A DNA stretch of 64,000 nucleotides from Camelus dromedarius (Eukaryota): the NCBI RefSeq assembly GCF_036321535.1, contig NC_087472.1:93064001-93128000 (forward strand), given 5' to 3'. The position numbers were made by a program, and so were the translations under genes. Shown piece by piece: positions 52,862 to 64,000 of the stretch. The notes under the pieces were generated by a model, which saw nothing but the letters and a program-made list of their open reading frames with translations, did not search any database and was not told the origin of the DNA. Numbering within the stretch: position 1 is the stretch's first letter; each line of letters begins with the position of its first letter.

Positions 52862-53376
52862 TGTATCTTTTAGCTGGCATTATGTAATAAACCACCCTAA
52901 ATCACAGAGACTTAAAATTAACAAGTACTTATTTAGCTCACAAGTCTTTGGATCAACTGTAGGTTTCTGCTGATCTGATCTGAGATTGGCTGATCTCAGA
53001 TGGGCTTACTCATGCATCTCAGGTCACATTGCCAGACCTGCTGTGTGCTGGCTGGTCTAGGGAGGCCTTACCTGGGAGGGGGGAGATTCACCTCTGTTCC
53101 ACGTGCTCCCCAGAACAGCAAGCTCAATCTTGCTCACATGGTGAGTGGACAAATTTCCAAGAGTAAGAACAAGGAAGATACTTGACCTCTTGAGGCTTAA
53201 GCTCAGAATTGATACAGCGCCATATATATCACATCCTATTGGTCAAGGCAGATCACAAGGTTGGCCCAGGTTTTAGTGGTTAGTGAAATAGATTTCACTT
53301 AATGGGAGAAACTGCAAAGTCATATTGTAAGAGAGAGGTAAATAATTTGAGATATTTTTGTAATCAGTGTACCACA
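52862..53376 (-). mobile_element. Older MaLR LTR (MLT1G/H-like)
   Basis: TGTAT...TAAACCACCCTAAA...TTATTTAGCTCACAA...CACATCCTATTGGTCAAGGCAGATCACAAGG...TACCACA. Confidence 0.75.
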
Positions 53377-53599
53377 CAGCCACTCTTGGAAAAACATGTG
53401 TCTTAGTTTTTACCTGCATTTGGCCATCCCCTTAAACACCTCATAATTTCCTCTTTCTGTATAATACCCATATGCTGAGGAGCTTCTGATAACTTACCAG
53501 TGGCTATTATTTCTGAAAGGATCTGATCAACTAATTCACTTGATGGCTTTTGTAGCTATTTACCTAGTGAAATTTGCGGCCCCCCAACTTAAATTGAAC

Positions 53600-53822
53600 T
53601 TTTAATTGTTTCAATTATACACATATATATTGAGTTATATATATTCCTTTTTGTATTATTTTTCATTATTATAAGATATTGAATACTTGCTATACTGTAG
53701 GACCTTGTTGTTTATCTATTCTATAGATAGTAGTTTGTTTCTGCTAATCCCAAACTCCTAATTTCTCCCTCCCACACTTCCCCTTTGGTAACTCTAAGTT
53801 AGTTTTCTATGTCTGTGAGTCT
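53600..53822 (-). mobile_element. Short L1 3' UTR fragment
   Basis: GTAGGACCTTGTTGTTTATCTATT...TTTTCTATGTCTGTGAGTCT, as in the other L1 3' UTRs in this window. Confidence 0.8.
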
Positions 53823-54428
53823 CAAGTGTCTAACAATTTTCACCAAATTGCTTTTTCAATACGTGATTCCAGGTTCAGTAAGCCTTTCCATGTGGAATTA
53901 CTAATGGAGTGTTATTTCAAGACTTTTCTGAACTTCTTCTAACAGCTTACCTGTGGACACAAAAGACCATATGCTGCATGCTGCTTTTTCTACATAAGAT
54001 CTTTCCTGTTTCTTTATCCAGGTGTTACATTTTTGGAAGAAATATTGGTGTAGGTACATATGTGGATGCATATTAGAGTAAAAGAAGATATTGAAGCTGT
54101 GTCATGCTAGTTGCAGAGTCCACATAGGTTAGTGTGGCAGCTGTGACTTGATCAACTATGGAGGTGCTTCTCTCAGGAAGCTTTGACAACAGCAAGTTTT
54201 TGTTTATTTTTTTTATTGTTGTTCTTCTTAAGATCTCATCAAATCTAGAAAACAAATGATGAATGAATTGATGAAGCTCACTATTGTCCCTAAAATTTCT
54301 GAAATCTACTCCCTTGAAATTTCTATCTTCTAGTAAAACTTAAATAATCTATTAAATCAACCTTGGAATTATCTCAGATATTTCTTCTCTAGTCTCATTG
54401 CTACTTAGTTCAGTTCATTATCACTTTT

Positions 54429-55088
54429 AAACATTTTATTTTTCAATTAATATACAGTAAAATTAACATTTATGGTATATAGTTCTACACATTTTAACTC
54501 ATATATAGATTTGTGAAAACCACCATCATAATCAGAATACAAAACACTTCCATGTGCATGAATGTTTAAAGCAGCTCTATTCAAAATCTCTGAAAACTGG
54601 AGGCAACTCAAATGCCCTTCAGTGGGTAAATGGATAAACAAATTCTGGTACATCCTTACAATGAAATATTATACCGTAATTAAAAAGATGTAATTACTTG
54701 TTGGCAGCCTTAAGTGAGTAGGCCGTGGGACCCAGGCCAAAGTTCATATTAACTTGCACATGTTAAGAAGTAAATGTACGCATGCGCCATTAGCATGCGT
54801 CAACATTATGAACACTACACATGCACTACTAGCATTATAAAAGGACAAGTGCATACACCTGAAGCACGTGTGCCACCCGCTTGTACTGCAATAAAGTACT
54901 GTTTTGCTCCATGTCGGTTCCTTGCGCTTTCTTTCCATTGGGCAGCTTACCTCCTCGAATACCTCTTCAGCCTCCCTCAGCTGACACTACCAATACAGGC
55001 AACAACTTGGATGACTCTCTGAAACATTATGCTGAGTAAAAAAGGCTAGTTTCAAAAGGCTGCACGTTGTATGATTCCATTTATATAA
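54429..55088. mobile_element. Old 5'-inverted L1 (minus 54429 to about 54550; plus about 54551-55088) with a nested solo LTR
   Basis: An antisense 3' terminus is followed by a sense ORF2 end. TSD CATYATCACTYTT at 54416-54428 and 55089-55101. Confidence 0.75.
54699..54986 (+). mobile_element. Compact 288-bp solo LTR, family not recognised
   Basis: TGTTGGC...GCTGACA inverted termini, TATAAAAG at 54836-54843, AATAAA at 54890-54895, degenerate 5-bp TSD TTACT / CTACC. It cleanly interrupts the L1 sequence. Confidence 0.8.
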
Positions 55089-58000
55089 CATCATCACTCT
55101 TTTCTCGAACTGTCTAATCCCTTCCTATGTGGTTCAAGTCCAGTGTTGCTCCAGTTTTCAGTATGGCTTCAGGCCATTTTGAAGCAAATAGTCTTTTAAA
55201 AATAAAAATCAAGTCATACCAGAGAAATGCTTAAATCACTTCAATGACTCCGAATATTCCTGCATATGATTTAGAAAGTTCTTTACGCTATCTTGCCTAC
55301 TTCTTCAGACTAATCCCCTGCCTCACCCATCTGACCACCAGTGTTCTAGCAGTCATCACCACATTATTACAGCTCCTTGAATACACCATCTTCTCCAGTT
55401 CTTCTACATCTTTCCCTCTTCTCTGAAAAGCCCACACCTCCCTAACCCCCTCATGGTCCTTCTTAGCACTTAAAGTTCTAAGTCAAGCATTCAAGAAACA
55501 ACTCTTCTGAAACAAATTCACTGATTTTTTTTTCAGGGAGATCGTGGGGAGCCTCACGTTTCTCACCTGGTGTTTGTGATTATTGAGGTGGTTTGAAAGG
55601 GAGCCTGCTGATGAATCCATTAAAATGATTTGGAAGGGGTACGATTGGCAGGTGTGAAGCCTCTGTAAGGCAAAGTGAATTTCAGCTTTTTCACTTAAAG
55701 CTTGTAGAGATCACAGTTTAGGTCTCTTCCCACATTTACAAATGGAATACACTGAGGAGGCATAAACACTTACTGAAACCCTTGTAGGAGCACATTTTGC
55801 CTGCCAGCAACTCTTTGCCAAGCAAACATTTTGAAAACACTTGGACGATCCTGGCTGCCCCAGTGTTTTCATAAATATTTCCATCCGGCAGTCACAGAAG
55901 CCTTGCAGAAGAGAGTGGTCAACAGGAAAACTTGAAATGGAAGAGGTTCAGCGAGCAGCTGCTGAGTTGTGAAAATGTATGCAAAAGCATATGGCTGTCT
56001 TTAGGGCCTTAAGGCAACATTTTAGTTTAAAAAAATGTTTTACCCTGCAAAGATCAAAACATATGATTCCATTTGAGAAGGTTTTCTTGTAAACAAACTC
56101 TTCACTTTCTAAGTGTGTAAATGTTTAGCATAAATCATTTGTTTATTTAAACATAAATCTTTGTTTATCTAAATATATGTTTGAGAATAAAACCTTTTCT
56201 TGTAATTTGACCTATTGGTCATCATGGATTTCCGATAATCTCTTTGGCATTCTTGCCTTCTATGTGTTCACCTTTGTTTGGGAAGATGTAACATTTAATT
56301 TTCTACCATTTTAAGCTGAATTGCAGAAGGATATCTAGGTGAAAAGCATTCAGAATTTGATGCTGGTGCAGGATGCTGCAATTTGCTTACTTGAGTATAA
56401 ATGCTGAGCTTTCAACACTTCTATATAGTCAGCTATGTTTTGCGTTTAATTCAAGTACTGAATTATATCTAAAAATATCTCCACTGTTAAGGTCCCAAAT
56501 CTGCAGGTCTTCCTTCTTACATATCAGAACAGTGTTGGTTTAGCCACTAGGGATAAATCCTCTGCAGTGTGTCCCTTTATGTAGGCAGGAAATTCCCCAT
56601 GGTAATACTCTTCTTCATGTTTGGAAAGGTCAGTTTTTCTGACATGGGCAAGAAATCTCCAGGCACAAGTGGATTTCAATTATGATAGCTTTTCCTCCCT
56701 GTTAAGTTAGGTCCCCCTCTGAAAAAACACTGTATATGTAAGGGTCCACCTTCCACTTTGAGTTCAGCACTTTGCTTAGAACACCAGTCCCTTGGGATAT
56801 TTCACTCCAAAAGTATTCCATGGCCAAATAAATTTGGGCAGTTTTGAAACTATCATACCTCAGTTCTTGTAGATTCTCAATTCTCATTAACATGCTAAAG
56901 CCCTAATTAGCAATGCATAAAGATAACGCTTTTTCGTTTGTTTAACTTAGTATTTCCTAACTCATTTAACAACAGAATCCGTTTTTTAAACATGTAGCAT
57001 TTATTACAATTTTAAGGAAAACTTCTTGAGAAATGTGGTTTTAAAACTTTCATGAAATTTTTAATAAGATGAAGCCATCATCTAAATGTCCCCTTCAATA
57101 ATGCTAACTTAGTTGCTAGTTCTCCAAAATTAAAAACAAATTAACAAACAAAGCAACCAAAAGAAACTTATTAATCAAAATGATCATTCTTTTATGTATA
57201 ACACAGGAAATAATATTTATTGCTTCTAAGACATTGGAAACAATTTTAAACCAGGCTGGGATGTGAAAGATCTCTTAAGGTAGTCTACCTTCTTCAGACA
57301 CAGATGGGAAAATAGCAGGCATGATGAGGTCAGAGAGCAGCAAAGGTGGAACAGGAATTAAAATTCCCAGTCCATCATTCTTTTAAGTCACAAAATAAAA
57401 GCCCAACTTAGATATTCAGAAATCATAGTGATTCTTAGTAATTGAATTCCATTCTTACGACTTTCTCAACACAGTAACTCTATCTTAAACTTCTAAACAA
57501 GGATATACTAGAATCTTCTAAGTTTCTGTTTTACTATAATAGTTCATTTTGAGAAACATTTATTAATTACTACCTAGTTACAAAAATGTGTATTTTGTTC
57601 TCTGTAGAGATGTTTTAAACTCCATGAAACTTAGGCATATATGTATGTATTATGTGTGTGTGTGTTCCTAACACACTTCTAAGTAAAAATGATCATACAG
57701 TCCTTAATAATTTCTGGTAGTAGTTGGACTTTGGTACATTCAAAAATATGGATTGACAAATGATTTTTTTAAAGAGGAAGATATTTTAAAAGACATTAGG
57801 AAACTCACTTGGGAGGACTTTCCCAGGGTAACACTTCCAGCCTCACACCCTAGACCCATTTCTCCCCACTGGTTGAAAATCACCATGTTTTTACTCCATG
57901 TTTTTTAAATTGATCAGGGTAATTGATTAGATGCCTGTAAACACTGGGCATTCTGTCTTCTTTCCTTCCCTCATGTAAGACTATGTTCCTCGATATGTCT

Positions 58001-58338
58001 GCTCTGAAAATTGTCCTTCAAACTATTGTCCAAAAGTCTGAATTGTGGAGGAGAGTTAGAAGCGGGGCCAGGGAGGCTTAAGCCCATTTGGCCCTTACAC
58101 CTCAGCTTCATTGGCTAAAATCTTTATAAGTAATAAAGAGGACATTTTGTCAAAATAAAAGGAGAAAAAATAAAATGAAAATGAAAATCTCTATGTTTAG
58201 AATTGATAAGCCAAAACACTTTTAAGCATGGTAGAGCTTTGCTACAATTCAAGGCTTGAATCTCTCAGAGCTAAACATTTCTTCAAATATCTTCTGGTCT
58301 AAGGACCATTTTGCCAAATCCTGTAGTCAGTTTGAGAC

Positions 58339-58465
58339 CAGGGCTGCTCCAACTTTAATGTGAATTTGGACCACCTGGGGATCTCGTTAAACCGCAGCTT
58401 CTGATTTAGAGGTTGGGCCAGTCCTAACAAGCTCCCAGGTGATGGTGGTGATGCTAGGAGCAAGG
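58339..58465. mobile_element. hAT-Charlie MITE, MER5A-like
   Basis: CAACTTTAATGTG...CACCTGGGGATCTCGTTAAA...TTCTGATT...CTAACAAGCTCCCAGGTGATG. Confidence 0.8.
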
Positions 58466-58583
58466 GCCTAGAGAAGAGCTGAAGAGAACAGCTGGTCTCA
58501 ATAAAGAGTTGGAAAGAGCTTCATGATTGGCTCTTCAGTCTTCAGAGCTGTTCTTAAGGTAAACTCTTGGTGATTTTTTTCAG

Positions 58584-58625
58584 GTCTTGGCGTGTTTGCA
58601 AGTTTCCCGGCTCCAGGCACCACAG
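58584..58625 (+). other. Candidate 42-nt exon of an unidentified host gene
   Basis: Acceptor TTTTTTTCAG and consensus donor CAG|GTAAGT. Length is a multiple of 3 and no frame has a stop. No protein recognised. Confidence 0.3.
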
Positions 58626-60479
58626 GTAAGTAGATTTCATCCTGTTTGGGAAAACTAGGTTTTCTCCCTCTTTTCTGTGGATTGAGGGGCTGGAAACAAA
58701 ACAGAAAACAAGCCTCCTGAGACCAGGACCATCTCGCTTCCTGACCGTGGCGTCGATCTTCCTTTGCACATGTAAGTTACAGTTTATTATGTCACTCTTC
58801 TTTCCAACAAAGTTGGTTTTTCCATTAATTTTAAAAGATTCGATGTGTGCGTGGAATGGGTTAACTGCTTCTTTGAAATATTCAAAGGTTTGGTGTGTAA
58901 AGCCCAGTGAAGGAGCTTCTTGGGAGAAAGTTTTGAAATTCGAGGGGCAGAGGGATGGAAAAAGAGGTTTGAAGGAAGTGATATTTGCAAAGGATTTTTC
59001 TTAAGTAGCAAAATGAACATAGTGCGATGATGACTAAAGTCAGGATATAGGTTTTAGGTCGCATGTTTTCATGGAAAATGGCTTGTTTGGTTAGACTTGG
59101 TGGCAGGGAATCAGGAATATTCTTGTCGATGACTTTGATACTATAAATTGCCCAGAAACTCCTTAAACAATTTTCTGCCTGTTTGTTTATTTTATTTTCT
59201 ATCAGAAGTAGCATGCAAATGGATGGAGTTTTAATTTCCTTTAATGCTCTGGGATATTTGGATAAAAAGGAATCATCAAGTATTTTTATGATTATAAGTT
59301 CACATTCATTGCTCTGTGGTAGAATATCATTAGTGGAATAGAACACTTTCAATAACTCACCTCCAAAGTAGTTTTTTCTCCTGGAAAATGCTAATTTTCA
59401 GTTTGGAACTGAAAATATCAAAATTTAAAACGGCTCTCCAGCATTCAAATGAAGTAGAATGTAGTTGTTTGCCTTTCCTTTGGAAGATAGTGTTATTAGA
59501 GACCAAACAACAGAGAAAACATTCAGTGGCATTATGTAAGGACTAACTGTGATACCTCCAGAGACAATTAGTTGCAATTTAACCATCGGCTAAGAGGTGG
59601 GGGGGGGGGGTTGACAATGATGGTGGAAGTAATTTACAAAAAAGATTCCTTTTCTTGTATATTTACATATTCTCTTATTTTTAGCATCTTTCATTGGTGG
59701 TGGGGTTGCATTTTCCTAAGCATGTTTACCAACTCAATGCCAGGATTGTGTTTAAAAATATCAATTTAATATAACTTACAGCATTTATGTTGTGCAGAAA
59801 AACAGACTTCTGTGTGGTGAAAGTGTGTTCAGATGAAAGCTTTAAATTGGTGGCTACTAGCCCAGTTATGAAAAACTTGGCTGCCTGCTGCTCCTTGGTA
59901 ATGTGTTCTACAGGCTGTTGTTTTCCGCTGATCGCCTATTTACAGTGATTTACTCCAAATATGTGGGCGTCTTAAGTATATGGGTGTTGTCCAAAAAAAA
60001 AGTCAGTTTATTCTAAAGGATGAAATGAGAAGCAACAAACAATAGCTTCTGTTGATCCCATACTAATTCTCAAATTGAAAAGACCTTCCATAGCCACTTG
60101 GAGGCCAGCAGAGGAATCAGCTAAGAGGGCAGGAACCCATTACAACAAAATGGTCACCTAAAAAGGGCCCACTGTGGGCACAGCACTGAAGTTAATGGTG
60201 TGGGTAGAGGGAAGGCGGTAAAATCTGAACGTTTTAAGAAATCTACTTCAGGCTGAACACCATCCAAAGAAAATGATGAGCTCAATTGCAAATCAGAATA
60301 AAAAATGAGACCATATCAATTTAATCTATTATGACACACTGGCACAAGATAAGGCAACAGTTCTTTCTAGGATTAAAAAATTACTCAATTAGAGTGAAAA
60401 TGCCTGGGGTGATTGTAATTGAGACCTCTCTAGTTTATATAGATCCATTAATCAGTGCATTTGAGGTTAATATTTTTCA

Positions 60480-62100
60480 ATCATTTATGAGTTTACCTAG
60501 CATATCATAATTCAATATCAAATATTCAATCTTTTTGAGCACACCTACAGTATGACAAGCATTATACTAGGTGTTAGGGTTATATGGAAAAGAACATATG
60601 TTATAGGCATTCAGAAGCTTCAAATGTACGGAGATGAGGGACTGATAGGTGAAAATGTAACCACAAACTAATGTGGTAGTAGTAATTATCATATAAGAAT
60701 AACCAAAATGATCTGGGAGCATAGAAGACAATTTTCAAATGTACTTAAGTGGTCCAGGACAGGTTTCTCAGAGAAGGTTGCTCTCTGAGGTGCAAATACA
60801 CTATGAGTATGAGATTGTACTGATTTATCTAGTGTAAAGTCTCCACCAAGAAACATTGTTACCTTGCTGAGACATTCATTTAGTGATTCTATGCTAGGTT
60901 TGCGAGATCACTTTTGTTCTAGTTAAAATGATCACAACTTTGTCTTTATTTTTGCAGAATTTTGCTGTCTTGAATTTAAAGTTACGTGTCAATGAAGTAA
61001 AAATGTACCATTTTTTCCAGTTCTAGTCCTTTCAAAAGTTTATGTGTATCTTTTTAGTTCAGTGCAATGAACTGACAATTCTAAGTATTTGAAGCAGAAA
61101 GGAATTTAATATAGGGACTTAAGTGTTTAAAAATGAAGGAACTGAAGTCAGCAGCCTGCCACTGGACTCACTATAGCTGAGATCCAAAGATGAGGAAGAT
61201 GCTATTCACACCAGACCTGCTGTGTCGCATCTGCCTCTCATACCCATGAGTTAATGACTTGTCACCAGGATCCTGAGTCAGGCCACAGACAGACATACCT
61301 TTCTGAATGCTTTGCAAGCAGTGACTAGCAGTCACGGCAGGAAGATGGCCTCCAAGCCATTCGATCCTCAGAGTGGGTCTCACTGGTGGAAACTAATTAC
61401 TGTTCAGAGACCTAAGTTGAAGAGAATATGGGAGTATAATTTTAGCTTTCTACATTGTGGAATATGAAGGTATATAGAAGGGAGTGGAAATAAATGACAG
61501 CTACCAATTAACTGTTTTATTCTCACTTTCATTGTTCAAATGTTACCAACACTTTCCTAGGATTCTATTAGCCTTGACAGTGAATTATTTAACAATACTT
61601 AACCTAAATACTAAATTTGTTTTATTAGCAACTAGCTTACCTTAATCATTAAACATAAATTTACTGAAAACTAACTGTGGCTGGCAAGTTTCCAGCTGTT
61701 GATACAGTTGTGTAGTGAGTAAACTATGGTACCTGTGTTCAAGGAATTTACAGTCTATCAGGGAAGACAGGTAAGAAATGACCATCTCCAAATGTGTACT
61801 TAGAATTACTGTAGGGAAAAGTAGGAGACAAGATAAAACATAAAAACATGGGAGCATAATAATATAAAACATCACAACATAGGAGCATAATAATGATTTG
61901 GATAGTCAAGAAATTTTTTTTTTCTGAGAAAGTAACATGACCTGAAAGCTTTCAGGATAGCTAGGGGTTGAACTGATAGGAAGAGGGTTGCAGATCAAGA
62001 GAACGAGAGCAAAGGCTGGAGACAAAAAAGATCCTGGAACTTTCATGGGATTGTAAAAAGGTCACTGGATAAAGGAGGGTGAAAAGGCTTTCTAAGATGT
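60480..62100 (-). mobile_element. LINE-2 fragments (about 60480-60790 and 61640-62100) with a possible old LTR remnant between them (about 61060-61500)
   Basis: L2 terminal motifs (ATTCAATCTTTTTGAGCACACCTAC; TCATTAAACATAAATTTACTGA...TTCAAGGAATTTACAGTCTA). Confidence 0.5.
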
Positions 62101-62124
62101 GATGAGTTAGGTTGGTTGGTTTGT

Positions 62125-63548
62125 TTCTTTAATTGTGATAAAATATACATAACATGAAATTTACCATTTTATAATTTTTCATGTATTTTTATTTTTAATT
62201 GTGGCAAAATACAATGTAAAATTTATTATCTTAACCGCTTATAAGTGTATAGTTCAGAAGTGTTAAATACGTACACAGTGTTGTGCAGCCAATCTCCAGA
62301 ACTTTTTCATCTTCCCCAACTGAAACTGTAAGCATGAAAAACAACTTCCCATTTTCACCTCCCCTCAGCCCCTGGAAACTGTAATTTTACTTTCTGTCTC
62401 TCTGAACTTGACTATTCTATGTACCTGATAAAGTGGAATCATACAAGATTTGTCCTTTTATAATAGACTTATTTCACTTAGCATAATGCCCTCAAAGTTC
62501 ATCCAGGTTGTGTGATGTGTCAGAATTTCCTTCCTTTTTAAGGCTAAATAATATTCCATTGTATTTATAGACCACATTTTGCTTATCTATTCTTCAGTCA
62601 TGGACACTTGGATGACTTTCACATCTTGGCTATTGTGAATAATACTGCTGTGAATGTGGATGTAGAAATATCTTCTTGAGACCCTGCTTGTAGTTATTTT
62701 GTCTATAAAACAAAAGTGGAATTGCTGGATCATATGGTAGTTCTATGTTGAATTGTTCCAAGAATTGCCATACTGTTTTCCAAAATGACTGTACCATGTT
62801 ACATTCCTACAGGGCACAAGAGTTCCAATTTCTCCACATCTTTGGCTAGATCATATGGTAATTCTATTGTTCACTTTTTGAGAAAACATCATACCGTTTT
62901 CCATAATGTCTACACCATTTTGTATTTCTTCCTGCAGTGCATAAGGCTTGCAACTTTCCTACAGCCTCAACAACACTTGTTTTTTGTTTTCTTGATAGTA
63001 GCCATCTTAGTGGATGTAAGATGGTTTTCATTGAGGTTTTGATTTGCATTTACCTGATGATAAGTAATGTTGAGCCTCTTTTCAGGTGCTTGTTGGCCAT
63101 CTATATGTTTTCTTTGGAGAAACGTCTATTCAAGTCATTTGCCTATTTTTTAGTTTTTTCATGGAAATTCTTTATATATTTTGGATATTAATTCTTTATC
63201 AGATACATGATTTGCAGATACTTTTCTTCCGTTCCTTGGGTTGCCTTTTCACTCTGTGTCCTTTGAAACATAACAGTTTTTAATGTTGATAGAGTCCAAT
63301 TTATCTATATTTTTTTGTTGCCTGTGCTATTGGTGTCATAATCAAGAAATCATTGACAAACTAACTGTCATGAAGCTTGTCTCCTATTTTTTTCTTCTAA
63401 GAGATGTATAGTTTTAGCTCTTATATTTAAGGCTTTGATCCATTTTGACTTAATTTTTGGGTATAGTGTAAGACTCTACTTCATTCTTTTGCATGCGGGT
63501 GTCCAGTTTTTGCAACAACATAGTTTAAAAGACTGTCCTTTCCCCAGG
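62125..63548 (-). mobile_element. LINE-1 (L1MB-like), apparently composite
   Basis: L1 antisense 3' UTR and ORF2 end. Doubled terminus (62128-62187 and from 62195) and a duplicated segment of about 120 bp (62724-62843 and 62845-62965). Confidence 0.85.
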
Positions 63549-64000
63549 ATGAAGTTTTAAATTTTATTTTACAATAAATGTAAAGGTTCTTGAAATAGTC
63601 CTCTTTCTGTTATTTTCTTTCTTTATTTTTGGTTGATGTACATATTTTGAATTTGTATACAAACAATGTTTTTGGTATTGACAGTGTTTTTTTCCAAAAA
63701 CAGTTCGTACTTTGAGCTGTCCAACACTGTTCTTAGAGGTGCTGGTCCCCTTGCTTTTCATCATTTTTATTCTTAGAGCATTTTCATGGCATTTACCTAC
63801 TCCCTCCTCTGTTTTCTTGTCTCCATTAACCACCAAAACACTCAGATGCTTGAGCAACAATCCTTCCAACACTCAACTTGCAACATGTCATTCCTATAAC
63901 TTTATTCCACTGAATGGGCATTCCTGAAGTTTCTCCTTAATGGTTTTTCTGAGGAGCTTTCCTTATTTAGTCTTCATTCTGCTGCATTTGACCATGACTC

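Noticed and set aside
56524..56680. Protein-looking minus-strand frame (...RKTDLSKHEEEYYHGEFPAYIKGH...)
   Set aside because: About 50 codons bounded by stops, with no ATG in that frame, no fitting splice sites and no recognised homologue.
58882..59352. 156-aa minus-strand ORF
   Set aside because: No recognisable homology, no ATG at the annotated start, and a composition typical of AT-rich chance ORFs.
1..64000. CRISPR arrays, operons or other prokaryote-type systems
   Set aside because: The sequence is mammalian repeat-rich DNA with no regularly spaced repeat-spacer array and no gene-dense region.

Overview
This is AT-rich, CpG-poor mammalian DNA, intronic or intergenic. It is probably camelid, inferred from tRNA-derived SINEs of the Vic-1 type (head GGGGAGGGTATAGCTCA...GAGGTCCTGGGTTCAATCCCCAGTACCTCC, tail AAATAAACCTAATTACCTCCCC). 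No intact protein-coding gene, RNA gene or CRISPR array is supported. The recognisable ORFs in the track are LINE-1 ORF2 debris and the rest look like chance ORFs. A large fraction of the window is transposable-element remnants: young and old L1, L2, MIR, SINEs, MaLR/ERV1 LTRs, and Tigger and hAT DNA transposons. Notable items are: (1) a SAP30L processed pseudogene fragment at 30227-30645, missed by the ORF track, with a 12-bp TSD and no poly(A) tail; (2) a complete two-LTR non-autonomous ERV1 provirus at 38096-43911 with a 4-bp TSD, a tRNA-His-like PBS, a PPT and four nested insertions; (3) three L1 insertions with apparent 3' transductions and three 5'-inverted (twin-primed) L1s; (4) two TSD-flanked micro-insertions; (5) a compact CpG-retaining solo LTR with an NRF1-like motif and TATA box; (6) a repeat-poor block of about 5 kb (55.5-60.5 kb) with a candidate 42-nt exon. 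I see no convincing evidence for a new biological system. Repeat family names come from recall of consensus sequences, not from a search, and the boundaries of old elements are approximate.
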